A stretch of DNA of 64,000 bases from NCBI GenBank assembly GCA_964016885.1, contig OZ024741.1:184636001-184700000 (forward strand), given 5' to 3'. The position numbers and the translations under genes were made by a program. The notes under the pieces were generated by a model that saw only the letters and a list, made by a program, of their open reading frames with translations, ran no database searches and was not told the origin of the DNA. Source of the DNA: Eledone cirrhosa (taxonomy: Eukaryota). Positions 27,325 to 42,018 of this stretch are shown piece by piece; positions within the stretch are counted from its first letter, which is position 1, and each line of letters opens with the position of its first letter.

Positions 27325-28289
27325 GACTAATAAATAAACAAATAAAATAATATTATCACGACTGGAACACTTTTGATAATAGGTAAGCTGGATCAGATTT
27401 GATCTGGAGGTTAAACTACGAAAACAAAAACAGAAAGGAACTTTGATCATTTACATCTTGAGCTATGTATGCTCTCTGCCAGTAATTTTTGTTCAGACCT
27501 GAACAGATGTGAACATTACATATTTTACGAGAACATAAAATGAAATCACCTCCAATGGGAGGCGATGAAATATTTCGAATACAGATGGCGCTGCAAATTT
27601 TCATATCGTGTCAATATCTTTTGAAGTTGAAACACTTAATATCAATCATTAGGGCAATTAATTAACCCTTTTGCTCTCATAATGGCCGTTGATATATGAT
27701 GGGATGATGGTTCAATACTATAAAGACTTACTGCCTTTTCATTTCTAGAAGCCTCCATCAATCACTTACTTGTTTTAATGTTCCTATGTCATATAGCTTT
27801 TATATTTTACTCCCCTCTCCCCACACTATCTCTTATTATTGTGCTTCTTATTATGTACTTTTCTTTTACCACTTTCCATTAACTTTCACTCGCCACTCTT
27901 CTCCTCACTTTGCTTTTCTCTATCTTTCAACTCACTCTCTCGTTCTCTCTCCCTCTACCTCCTTTTATACATCTCTCTCTCTATATATAAGGAGAGAGGA
28001 GGAAAGAGAGAGGGAGAGAGAGAGAGTGAGAGAGCGAGTGAGAGAGAAAAGGAATTTACAAAATTTGAAATTATGTATATATATATATGTGTGTGCATAT
28101 ATGTGAGTGTGCGTCTCTCTTCTCCCTAACTGTCTCTCTATGTACATGCTTCACATTATTTAATAATAGATAATAAACCATAAAAATATGTATTACATAA
28201 TTATATGACACAAACATAATTATTAACTTTACACTTAACACTCTTTATATAAGTTATTAAGTTTAAAATAAAAATTGAATGAGGAGCGA

Positions 28290-28482
28290 TGGATTGACAA
28301 CATGCTTAGATCACCGGTCAAAATACCTTAGTGTAGTTTCCTATTCTTTATGTTCTGAGTTGATGTCCCACCGGTGTTCTCTTTAGCTGTCATCCTTTTG
28401 GAATCGAAAGAATAAAGTATAAGTTCAATACTGGAGTCGATAGAGTCTATACTTTTTGAAATTTAAGGCCTTGCGTTAGAAA
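28290..28482 (+). mobile_element. Old SINE copy of the main family
   Basis: TTCTGAGTT..CATCCTTTTGG..AATAAAGTA..TACTGGAGTCGAT..GGCCTTG. Confidence 0.65.
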
Positions 28483-29914
28483 TTATCCATATTAAATTTA
28501 CATTGTAAAACGAGAGAAGTGTGGTCGGTTGTAAAAATTGTTTGTGCAGAAAAACTGATTTCCAAGATTTTGTTACAACTTTTTATGTTCCGATTTTGAA
28601 ATTGAATTTTTTCGTCAAGGTTCACGCAGACGTTTTAATAGATACACCTATCGATGTTCATTGTGTAAAACTTTATCATTCAGTTATCTTCGGTCTGTCA
28701 ATAAGAATAAATTTATGCTTCACCGCTGAAACATGCTCGAAGTTATTCCATTACTCACTAAAAATTAGGCTCCAACCCACTACATGTCCATATTCTATTT
28801 TAATCAATTTTGTCATTGATCTCTCAGCATTTCATGAGCAAAACGAATTCATAAACAGTTGGGTATAATTTTATCCGCAGCATAGGTGTAATATATTTTA
28901 TTATTTTTGTTTAAAGGAACATTACGATTTGCTTTTCATGCAGAATAGACATGTGGTTATTCTTTAATTTAGTTAACCTCTATTTAAGATTGTTTCGTAA
29001 AGTAATATATCAATTATTAATTAGAAGTAGTAATTGATATGTCAAAGTATCAATTATTAATTAGAAGTAGTAATTGATATGTCAAAATATTTTGGAATAT
29101 TCTATGAGAAAAATATATAATATGCGTTGATGAATATAATATATTACCTACAGTAAAGAGGGGAGTAACCCTCGGCTTGTACCGCACTCATCGTTGTCAT
29201 TCTTATTGTTGCTACTGCTGCTACTATTTAATCGCAAGCCAGTTCTGATTGAACAAACACATAATCAAATGAATTCCAACTGCGACCACCCATGCACTAC
29301 ATTGTCCTTTGTATCTCTATAGTATGTTTCAATGAGATATAATGGAGATTTAGTCGTCATTTCTAGTAGGTTGCTCGACTACAAAGAAGTCCTTGCGTTG
29401 CATCACTTATTACACTGTTGCTGTTTTTAGTGATTTTGTTGTGTGCTCATAATTCAACCATAATCGTGTTGATCTATGTTGAAAGGCTTTCCAGCCATTA
29501 TCCTCTTTGTACATACACTATTGAAACACACACACATGCACATACACACATACACACACACACATGCACACAAACACACACACACATACACACATACTTT
29601 ACATGCACACATACACGCACACACACAAAACCACAGGCATGCCCACACGCATACATACACACATACGCATAGATTTATATCGAATAAACAAAGGCTATAA
29701 TAATTATTGACAAACAGAGGCTATAATAAAATACATTAACCTAAGATCCTGCGCAATTTGATCGAACCAAGAACCACTAGTTTTTAAAGCGATCTTCCTA
29801 GCCACACCAGAATATCGGCAGTTCGTATCTAATCGGTTGAAACGATCATGGTTAAAATCGGTAAAAGAATTAACGGATGACCCCACCATACACACCCACA
29901 CATCCATATATATA

Positions 29915-30776
29915 CGAGGTGTGTCAGAAAAGTTCCAGGATTGGTGTCACAAAAGATTTATTTCAAACCCAAACTTCACACTAAGAGTGTTCTGCTTCAA
30001 ATAATCCCCCTGGATTATGTAACTGTAATCTTAGCTCTCTGCCGCCATCAAATTTGTTTCATCATAATTTTATATACATCTCCACTGTTTCAGGTCGTCA
30101 AGAAATGAGCACAGAGCCTACGAACAAAGTTGAAGTTTCTGGTACGGTTGGGGAAAACTCCGTCAGAAGCACTGGGATTGCTGCAGCAAGTGTATGGAGA
30201 TGAGACGTGTTTTTGAGTGGTGCAAGATGATCCCAGGAGCGGAAGGCCCCCAACAACCAGGACTGAGGTCAACGTTAAGCGCGTCAGGCAGATGGTGCGT
30301 AGCGATCGTCGGCCGACTGTTCGACTGATGGCAAATGAGCTGGGTATGAATCGGGACAGCGTCTGGAAGATTCTCACTGAAGATTTGGACATGTGGAAAG
30401 TCTGCGCGAAGATGGTGCCAAAACTGCTGAACGATGACCAGAAGGGTCGACGCATGTAAGTGTGCCAGGACATCCTCGAACGTCTTGAAACCGAAGCAGA
30501 CTTGCTAGGGACAGTCATCAGCGGTGATGAGTCATGGATCTTCGAGTACGACCCGGAGAGGAACCGTTTTGAAGACGTGGACGACATCAAAAAGGCAGTG
30601 ACGATGGAACTGCAGAAGAATACTTCCAGGAGTGCATGCAAGCGTGGCAGAAAAGGATGGAAAAGCGCATTAGACTCAAGGGGGATTATTTTGAAGGAGA
30701 AATCTCTTAGTGTGAAGTTTGGGTTTGAAATTTATCTTTTGTCACATCAGTAGTGGAACTATTCTGACACACCTCG
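29915..30776 (+). mobile_element. Mariner (Tc1/mariner) DNA transposon, internally deleted
   Basis: ~75-bp imperfect TIRs (CGAGGTGTGTCAGAA... / ...TTCTGACACACCTCG), TA flanks; DDPRSGRP, WKVCAKMVPKLL, GDESWIFEYDPE. Confidence 0.93.
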
Positions 30777-31914
30777 TATATACGTATATATATATATATA
30801 TATAAAATAGTAATAATAATACTATTTATAGTTATATATATACTCTAAACAACTATAAACAGGAAAGTTCAGTAATTTCCTACTACCTTATTACCACTAA
30901 GAGAAATACCTCAATGTAAGAACATCAGTTGTTTTACAGAGTAGGAAAATAAATAAATTAGACAATTATCAAAGTTGTGTTCAAATCATTTAATAGCTGG
31001 CAATCGTTTCTTCAAATCTCTCGTTTGGAATCATCGGAGCATTATCAATGTTTGTACACGTAATTAACCTCCTATTCAACTGAACAATAATATAGATACA
31101 TATATATTGATGTTATGAGCAACAGTTTCGTATTTACAGGGTGGAATGGATGTGACATATATTTTACGAGAATTGTACAAAAATTCAAATTCAAATTAAA
31201 AGGTCAGAGTGGAATACATGCAACAGATAATACAAGAGAATAGTCTAATAATTAAAAAGGCATTGAGAAAGAGAGAGTACATTAGCAATACATATGCAAG
31301 CGTATAGCAAGTGCACCTGCGTTAGTCATATATATGAGAAGGAAATAGGCAAAGGTATAATGCATATATAGATAAATAAATAAATACTGTATGTTAAGCA
31401 AATATGTTAATGTATTAAAATCTATGGTGGATGTAATATGTTGATAGTGTTTGAATTTGTGTGTTGAGAAAAACAAAGTTACTGCAGTCTTTTTCATTAC
31501 ATATGTTGAATTATATTTTAGTTAATGTTTATATTGAATGTTTTAAGTTAGTTAAAGCAATGGATTGTAAATTAGTTTTATTGTATTCTTATTCATGGAC
31601 TATAGTTGTTCAACAGGTAGTTTTTTCAACGGTTAATTTCCGGAAGTGAGTAAAGGGAGCTAATGCGTAAGGGGAGGTAACTAGCTAATTAAATTCAGTT
31701 ATTTAAATTCTTTGCTCTAATACACATTATAATGTGATACAAGAGAATTTCTATGACATAATGTTATATATTTATACTTAATTTTAAATACAGTGTATTT
31801 TCCTATAATACATTAAAGGTCTCTTTAGATTGTTATCTATTCATTACTGGACAAGATATATGTTATGGAAAAATCGTATAGCTGTTTACATGACCGAGTA
31901 GTTAGATCATTTGT

Positions 31915-32031
31915 ATAATAATTGTTTCTACTTTAGGCACAAGGCCAGCAATTACACAGTACATTACTGGTACTTTATTTTATCGACCCCGTAAGGATGA
32001 AAGGCAAAGTTAACCTCGGCGGGATTTGAAC
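31915..32031 (-). mobile_element. tRNA-derived SINE, 5'-truncated at the B-box
   Basis: Family consensus; GTATAATAAT is repeated on both sides (likely TSD). Confidence 0.88.
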
Positions 32032-32253
32032 GTATAATAATATACATTATTGTGTTAAAAGTTAATCCCTTATATACAATGCTATTACATGTTATTAATT
32101 TAAATATTTAATTATATAATTATAAATATATACTTAGTTTATTATTACATATTACAGTAAATGTCTCTACATATTAAATATCCATTACTGTATATAATAT
32201 AATTAAGCTATAGTAGTTATATCAAAAGGTGGTAACTTTATGTTTAACTCTAA

Positions 32254-32366
<113 letters not shown>

Positions 32367-32489
32367 CAAAGAAAGTGTGGTAAGGAACCGGGTGTGGACC
32401 ATAAGCACCAGAGTACTCAATTCTTATGATAGTAGAGTGGGTAATAGGAAATGATGGGATCTAGCTGTCGAAACGACCGGAGCTCATCC

Positions 32490-32558
<69 letters not shown>

Positions 32559-32631
32559 GGGTATCCCATAAATTCATATACACTTCAACATCATTCTAAT
32601 AAAAGTGTCTACGCATTTTTGGGACATATAC

Positions 32632-32735
<104 letters not shown>

Positions 32736-33217
32736 GAAGAGAGGGGCTGGGGGCTAAATAGATAGAGAGGGAGAGATAAATATAATAGACAGATCGATAG
32801 TTATATACATAAATACACATGCCAATATTTATATACCAACACATATCTATTGTGTGTTAGCAATTAAGCAGTTCTATATTTGATGCTAATTTTTTTCCGC
32901 TTCCCTAATTCCTTCCACACTCCCTATGATTATCCGTCCTTATCTCTTGAATATTGCTTTAACTCTCTTTCTTTGTTACACTTAACTTTGGCTAACCAGG
33001 CTTGCAGGCCTTGATCTGTTATCTCTTTCTTCCTTTTTAACAATCCCTTGCTTCCGTTAGATTGCCGTCCTCAATTCATTCCCCACCCACTCACCCATCA
33101 TATCCCACTATTGATCTCTCTCTTTCACCAACTTTAACGTCTCTATCCACAAAAATACATCAATATATATATATCAATATATATATATATATCTAACCAT
33201 CAATACATCCTCTCTTG

Positions 33218-33308
<91 letters not shown>

Positions 33309-33646
33309 ATTCTATCTATCTATCTATCTCTATCTCACTGTCTTCCTCTCTCACATATATATATAAATTTAAGGGAGTATAAGTCAGACTAACTTTATGA
33401 TCAATATATCAAAATAATTCTCCCTGATTACAGAATAACTTATTCCAATATTGGTTGTTCCAATAATCTGAAATAATTAATATTGTTTCGTTTGTTCTAT
33501 AAACCGTCCGTGGTAGGGAGAGGAATATATGGGTTAGAATAACTTATTCTAGTCAGGATGTCATATACTCCCCTACATTGAGATTTTAACATGAGTTCAA
33601 TATGTTAAATTACTTCTCTAAGTGATTTCAGTGAGAGCTCCCCATT

Positions 33647-33724
<78 letters not shown>

Positions 33725-33743
33725 GCTCTCTCTCTCTCTCTCG

Positions 33744-33780
<37 letters not shown>

Positions 33781-34082
33781 ACTATTACTATTTAGTATCA
33801 CCATTATAGTCATGGGTTAACTTTTGCCTTTCATCTTTACAAGGTCGATAAAATGAATAGTAATAACAACAATCAAATAACCCCCCCCCACACACACACA
33901 CGCACATATATAAATACATATACATGTATATAAGTATTCATTGAAGTTGGTGGTTCACCACAGGATAGAATAGGTCATTCCCTATGATGCATGAGTAGGT
34001 AAAGCACTCAACGTAACGCAACTCATTTATATTTGATATAAGATAGTGTTGGTGGTGCGGGATACTGAGTTAATTACTATTA

Positions 34083-34377
34083 AATAAAGTGACAGGAGGC
34101 CGGTTTGCTGAAATTCCCTTAAAGTTTTTAATTTCGCAGACACTATATATATTTCAATGGCTAGTAAAATTCCAGCGACATCATCAATATAAACAAAATT
34201 TTATTTTTTGCCCCCGTGTACCCTCTTAGTTTGGGTTTACCATAATTCATTTATGACTGTTATACAATACACCTGATGATGTCGCTGAAATTCTACTGTC
34301 CATTGAAATATGTATAGTGCCTGCGAAAATAAAAACCTTAAGGGAATTTCAGCAGACCGGCCTCCTGTCACTTTATT
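34083..34377. repeat. ~105-bp inverted repeat pair, probable Penelope-like pLTR remnant
   Basis: 34083-34187 is the reverse complement of 34273-34377; right arm begins CTGATGA...GAAATATG. Confidence 0.8.
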
Positions 34378-34441
34378 CTATAAAATGGTGTAGGACATAA
34401 GAAGGGAGGGACACAAAAAAACCCCCAGTCACTGAGAAGGT

Positions 34442-34520
<79 letters not shown>

Positions 34521-34624
34521 TGTGTAGCTAGGATGTCCATAGGCGGTATGCCAGTTGAGCAGTCTAATACGCAAAAAATTGAGTTCCGATGCATCACTGA
34601 TTTTTCGTTTCTCTCTCTCTCTCA

Positions 34625-34694
<70 letters not shown>

Positions 34695-34988
34695 ATATAT
34701 ATATATATATATATATACAATATATTAACAAATGGAAACTATATTTATAAAACCATATTTATTTCATTATACATATTTCAAGGGCCACCAAAGTAAATCA
34801 TGGTGCGCTTTCTTCAGATAAAATATAATATAGGTTAGTTTTATAAATAAATATTGACATACCCTTAAAAAATGCAATCATTCTGGTTGAAATCTTCTGG
34901 ATAGTTACTCCAATAATTTGTTGAGTGCTTTATATCAGTTTTAAAAATATTTTGCTTGTTGTATCCCAACAAATAAAATATAACCTCT

Positions 34989-35066
<78 letters not shown>

Positions 35067-35107
35067 GTTATTGCTATTTAGTATCATTACAATTATAGTC
35101 ATAGGGT

Positions 35108-35870
35108 AGCTTTTGCTTTTCATCCTTGCGTGGTCGAAAAAATAAAGTACCAGTAACGCACTGAGGTGGATTTAATCGACTTACCCCTTCTCCAAAATTG
35201 CTGGCCTTGTGCCTAAATCAGGAATCATCATTGGTGGATTGGCAGTATCGGTAGAGGGTCGGACACCATGCTTTGACGCATAGAGTTACGGCCCTTGCCA
35301 TTCTGAGTTCAAATCCCGCCGAGGTTAACTTTGCCTTTCATCCTTACGGGGTCGATAAAATAAAAGTACCAGTAATACACTGGGCTAAATGCTGGCCTTG
35401 TGTCAAAAGCAGAAACAATTATTATTATAGTCATATCTGAGTTCAAATCCCTCCCAGGTTAAATTTGCCTTCATCCTTACGAGGTCAATAAAATAAAGTA
35501 CCAGTAATGAACTGGATATTTGCTGGCCTTGTGCCAAAAGTAGAAATAATTATTATAATCATATCTACTGTTCCCCTTTGTTCATTTTTCTATAGCTGGA
35601 TGTATTGCGTTTCGTTTTTGTATTTCCCCTAACGTCGTTCACCCCTGTGGCCAATAAACGAAATTATTATTTTTGTATTGGCAGACTCAATAGAGCGCCG
35701 GGCTAAATGCCATGTTGTATTTAGTTACGGCCTTGTAAGATCTTAATTCGAGTTCCAATGAGGTCAACAACATATTTCATCCTTCCGGATTGATAAAATA
35801 AAGTACCAGCTAAGTACTGGGATGGATGTAATCAACCTTACCCTCTCCCAAATTCTCGTTTCTAAATTTC
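35108..35870 (+). mobile_element. Cluster of four tandem SINE copies plus a Tx1-like 3' tip
   Basis: SINEs at ~35108-35230, 35237-35428, 35436-35558 and 35680-35870 (old); CCCCTGTGGCCAATAAACGAAATTATT at 35642-35668. Confidence 0.85.
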
Positions 35871-36083
35871 AGGACTTTTATCTATCATCAATGACGTTTA
35901 ATCACTTGGTATTAAGGCAAAATAAGCTTGCAGCTTATATAGATTTCTCTCTGCCTCTGCATACACATAAGTACACACAGACACACTCACACACACACAC
36001 ATATGTGTGTGTATGTGTGTGTGTATGAGTGTTTGTGTATGCATATACATATGTCTAGTCTGTTTAATATGTATCCATACAAT

Positions 36084-36120
<37 letters not shown>

Positions 36121-36135
36121 GCACATATATATATA

Positions 36136-36173
<38 letters not shown>

Positions 36174-36218
36174 TGTATGCATATACATATGTCTAATCTG
36201 TTTAATATGTATACATAC

Positions 36219-36275
<57 letters not shown>

Positions 36276-36327
36276 CACATATATATATATTTATATATAT
36301 ATTTACATGTGCAGGGGGAATTTATGT

Positions 36328-36388
<61 letters not shown>

Positions 36389-36913
36389 CCGTGCGTGCGC
36401 GTGTTGTGTATGTGCAGGGGCAGTCCCATTGCCAGGTCTTCAACACGACGCTCCCACTCTCTTTGAACTGTCCCATCACCTCTCTTAAACATATAAGATT
36501 GTCGTTTGTCATTTATAGGCAGCAGCACTTGACAACTTTCGCTACTGAACGCTCACCCCTCCACAACACACGTGTAGAATTATAGCTGTTTATTATACGA
36601 CCATGTATGTGTGGATGACCGTGAATGTGATAATGTGTACGGATTGAAAGTATGTATATAAAGGGTGATTGTGTATAGTGAATGGGCTGATTGTAAGTGT
36701 ATGGGAGTGAAGTGTAGCCTGTGAGTGTCAGTATATATCTGACTGGTATGTATTGTGAGGCTGGTTTTTGACCAGAGAGTTATTGTGGGGGGAAAAATTA
36801 TGTATATGTGTGTATATATGTACACACACACACACACATACACACAGACACAGGCACAGGCACACACATACACACTAAGAAAGAAACACACACGTATCTG
36901 CACACACACGTAC

Positions 36914-36952
<39 letters not shown>

Positions 36953-39093
36953 ATAGACAGAGAGAAAAATAAACTGAGTGACTGTATTGGTGAACCCAAC
37001 AAGAGACATTTAAGACATATTGAGTTGACATTTAAAGAGAGCGGGAGAGAGAGAGAAAGAGAGGGAGAGAGAGAGATGGTGGAAAGAGAGAAAGAGTTAT
37101 GTTTGTAGATGTAAGAGAATGAGAGAGGGTAAAGAGGAGGAGAGAGAGTGAGTGATGGGTGCTGATTGGTTGAATGGCATCGAGGAGAGTGATGTAGTGA
37201 GAGAAATATAAATACACAGGGAGAGCAACATTTGATAGATTAGGAGAGGGAGACTAGGGAGGGTCAGACTGAATAAGGATCAATTGATAAAATAAAAGAG
37301 AGAAGGGAGCAGTAGGTAAACAGGACAGAAGAGAGGGAGGAGAGAGAAAGCGAGAGATGGGGAGAAAGAGAGAGCGGCTGAAAGCGAGAAAGAGATAAAG
37401 AGTTATAGATAGATAGATAGACGGATAGATATGTTTCTTTATTAGCCACAGGGGCACAAAAGAAGGGGACAAATACAAAGGGGGAAGATAGACAGATAGA
37501 TAGATAGATAGATATATAGAGACAGGGAGAGAGAGGGGGGGGGGGCAGAGAGAATATGTGTATTTATGTGTGTGCGTGAGTCTGGTAGACATATTAGAAT
37601 AGTATACGTTATGCAGCTAAATAATTCAGATATGACATCGGCATTAAAACACATTAGTTAAGTTAGATAACAAACCATACTTTATACACGGACGGTTAAA
37701 TAGCCAACAAAGAATGAAATAGAAAATCACTGTATATCCGTGTGGGGTATGTTTGGGGTGAGGTGTTCCTCAAGAATCATTCTGCATCAAAAGCACATTT
37801 AAGTATGGGGCCTAGTATACTTGATATAAGTGAGAAATTAATTAAAATTACACCCAAATCGATTAAAAGAAATCATTTGCGTAAATCTGACTAAGACATA
37901 CAGGCGAGATAACTCCGAAATTCAAACTATTTAAACGTTAAATAGTTGGCTGATGTGTCATATATCTGGAACTTATTAGATTTCACCAAAATATAGTTTT
38001 ACCCGTATTTTTCAGGCCCTAAGTGACTAATCAGAAACAATTATGTAGTGAAAAAGAAAATGAATAATATTATTTTCATTTCCCGTGTAAATACGGGAGA
38101 CAACTCCCGAGATGTTTTAGTCGTCTTTTGATCTTATCAGCTAAGCTTATTTTGAAACAAGGTTTGGACTGTAAATGCGAAGGCGAGGAATAATGAAATA
38201 GTGGGAATGGGGGTAATAATACAGAAAAAAATGTGGGAACAAATGGGAAATAGCGAGAAGTGGTAGGTGGTAGAGGTGGTGGGGGACTGGTGTCATTAAG
38301 ATGCTACGAAGCAATGGCCATCTCGTCATATTCTTGTTCAAACAATATAGCTCTTCATGAAACATTACAATCTTGTTTGAGGGAGAGTTAGATAATATTT
38401 TTAGCAGGTCGAACCCCCGCGTATATGCTCTTTCGTTGGCTCGTCAGACGAACGTGGAGTGGGCAGCGGATGCTGTGACAAAAGAGATCAGATCTTCTGA
38501 TAAGAAGAGCAGAATTTTCTGGAAAGTATAGAAATGAAATTTCACACCCATCCACTTGATAAAATAAAATACAATAAAATAAAATAAAATAAAATAAAAT
38601 AAAATAAAATAAAATAAATAATAACAAAACCAAAAGAAAAATTAATAAAGAATAATTATCTTCTCCTGACAGCTGGCTGTTCTCTGGAATTAGCGCTCTC
38701 TTGTTAGAGGAGGTCAATAAATATAGTGGAGGATTAGGATGTAGGAAAGACATGTAGAGGAAGGGGAAGGTAAAGGAGGCAGAAGGTAGGGGAATGTAGA
38801 GGAGGGAGAAGGCAGGGGAATGAAGGAATGAAGAGGAGGTAGAAGGTTGAAAATGGGGTGAATGCAGAGTAAGGTAGCAAGATGGTAAGGGTGGATGGGT
38901 GAAGATAGGAAGGTAAGGGCAGTCATGAAATGGGAGAGGAGGTAGAAATTGAATAAAGAGAAAAAAAGGACAATGAGGTACTATCTATCTATCTATCTTA
39001 TTTATTAATGTTAAAGTTATTTTTATGTAAAACCCCCGCCGTCACGTCTTGTAATGTCCCATTTTTTTACGCCCCTGTGGCAAATAAAGAAAG

Positions 39094-39490
<397 letters not shown>

Positions 39491-40469
39491 TCTCTCTATC
39501 AATATATTTGTTTTTTTCTTTATTTTCGTGGGATGGGGTGTAGAGGACAGACCGGGAAAGAGAGGAGCAAAAGGGAGTGGAAAGAAGGGGAGTGGGAAGC
39601 GGAAGAGCATTGCGGGACAATAAAGTGGTGAGGGAAAAGGCGAAGAAAGATGCAATGAGAAGGGAAAATAATGCAGTAGAGGTAGAAGGGGGTGGTAGTG
39701 AATGAAGTAAATCTGGATTAGTTTGAACTACGCGGAAGAGAGAGGGAGGATAAAAATCAAAGAAATTTCTTTTAAATATAAATAAAACGTTTGCGACAGT
39801 CTAACAATAATAACCGAAGATGAAAGTACCTTTATATTTTATAACCAATATCATAAACCTCATGCTGTGCTGTTGTTTATGCCCAGCTCAGTCATGGCTG
39901 AGTAGACATATGATCAACAGCGTTCTAGACATGTACACCAAGGCCATCATTCTCTAGATACATTGCATATCTCATCCCCCTTTTTGTTAGCGGTAGGCTA
40001 TAATTTCAGGGAGATTTTGTTGCTATTTTCAACCAGGCCAAGCAGCCATGTGTATATTCCTCCAGTCTTGTATGCAGGTAAGTAGACAATTTGTGAAAGA
40101 AATACAGCGCTGAACTATACCAGTGTTTAGTTTAATAGTTATGAGTGCAGACATCCAACATCGAATCCAGACATCCAACGTTATCAACATAGAAAGAGAC
40201 TGTAAGTGGTAGGTAGCTCGAACCATTAAAATGAGCAACCAAATCTGCACTATCTCTCACTTTATCATCATAAAATGTAAGGGTGCACTTGATAAAATAT
40301 TAATAGATAACTTTAAAATTGGAGTTGAATCACAGTTGACCATGTATTCTCGATCAGGATTGACGTGGAGCCAAAGAACAACAATAACGACATTTCTTTT
40401 GATATGTAGTTTTGAAGAATCAACTTCTGTATGTTATATACCTTCTACAGAATATCCTATACTCTACAC

Positions 40470-40670
40470 CAAGCATGTGATACATGCGGCTCTTTACTAA
40501 CACAACTGCGGCCCGCATAAAGATTTTTACAGCACGAACATGTTTTATCTTCGTAATATAAATAAAATAAGAAATAGTTGTAATGTGCACAATTAGTTGT
40601 CGTGTGTGGCCCTTGACAACACATATGTGACCCATGTGGCCCTCGGGAGATCTTTAGTTTGACATGCCTG
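40470..40670 (+). mobile_element. hAT MITE derived from the 42019-44402 family
   Basis: Both ends match the hAT termini and subterminal regions; degenerate 8-bp TSD CTCTACAC/ATCTAAAC. Confidence 0.88.
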
Positions 40671-41314
40671 ATCTAAACTATATTTCGACCTGTAGTCCAT
40701 GTTTCCTTTCTATCGCACCTCATTCCCCCCCCCCCCCCTCTCTGTGATATTTGAATCTACTATGACTATCAGAATATCGGCCCACGAAATCACGATAAAC
40801 AATATCCGACATGTGTGGCAGAGGGCTCAATAGTTTGGATAAACCAGAGCTATAACGTTAAAATACCAACACACAGAGATCATGCCTAAAATCACCCGTG
40901 CAGCCGAAAAAGAACGACCAGGAAGATTCGGGTCACTCAAATAAAATATCAATAAATTAATACATTAAATGAATGTAAAAAACTCACCCGGACCCGCTAG
41001 AAGGATGTTAAAATCTAGCTTTATGGGTTTCTGCAATTCCTTAATCAAATCACTATCAGCCCACATAAAAAATATATATGACTTCTAGTGAGGAGACGAA
41101 CGAGGAAGAGCTTCTTCAACGAGTTTCCGTTCAAAAATACAGAGGGACCCACAGCCCAAAACGCACATGGTATTCGGCAAGGGAGGGAACCCCTATATTA
41201 GCGAAAGAATTCGGTGATGTGTAATTTATGTAAAAATACAAAGTATCACATATCGAATCAGAGTGCTCAACAGACGTGTTAAAATAAACAAGAATATATA
41301 TATATATATATATA

Positions 41315-41419
<105 letters not shown>

Positions 41420-41484
41420 TGCTTGTTAAAATAATTAAATTAAATTAATTCAACAGTTAAACACATATAGGAATAATAAGGTTG

Positions 41485-41985
41485 TTACCAAACATCCAGA
41501 AGATTGATAAGTCGACCCCAAATATGACTAATAGCTCTAGGAAAGCTATGAACGATACCACATCTTTTTAAATTTGATTTTGAAAGTAGGTTTATAATTA
41601 TTAATTTTCATTAGGCCTTTTTAGCTGTCTCGGGGGCCTAGTTTGGAGGAATCATAGATGGTGGGGAAACTGGTCTGAAGTTCGATCCTGGTCGGGAGTA
41701 GGGTTCCCAGTAACATTTTCAGTTTTTTCTTCTATGGGATGTAAAATAAAAACATAAAAAGATTACATGTACCATTACTTGACGAAGATTTAACCTAAAA
41801 CTAAGACCTTCACCGTCTCTAGTACCTACCGCTAGGTCACTGTGACAGCCACGCAAAACTACGGGAATTCATAATTATGAACCGACTTTCAAAATTTTCA
41901 ATACAAAATCATGTGGTGTCATTCATGTCTTTCGTAATGCTGCTACTTAAGGTCGACTTCTAAATCATTTGGGTGTTCCATAAAC
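41485..41985. mobile_element. Old MITE/foldback element with long imperfect TIRs
   Basis: AACATCCAGAAGATTGATAAGTCGACC mirrors GGTCGACTTCTAAATCATTTGGGTGTT; TTTTGAAAGTAGGTTTATAATTA mirrors TAATTATGAACCGACTTTCAAAA. Confidence 0.65.
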
Positions 41986-42018
41986 TACATCTTCGTTTTG
42001 TTTCTCATCTATCTAGAC

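Noticed and set aside
40760-41280. Possible Penelope GIY-YIG coding remnant
   Set aside because: No convincing motif recoverable by eye
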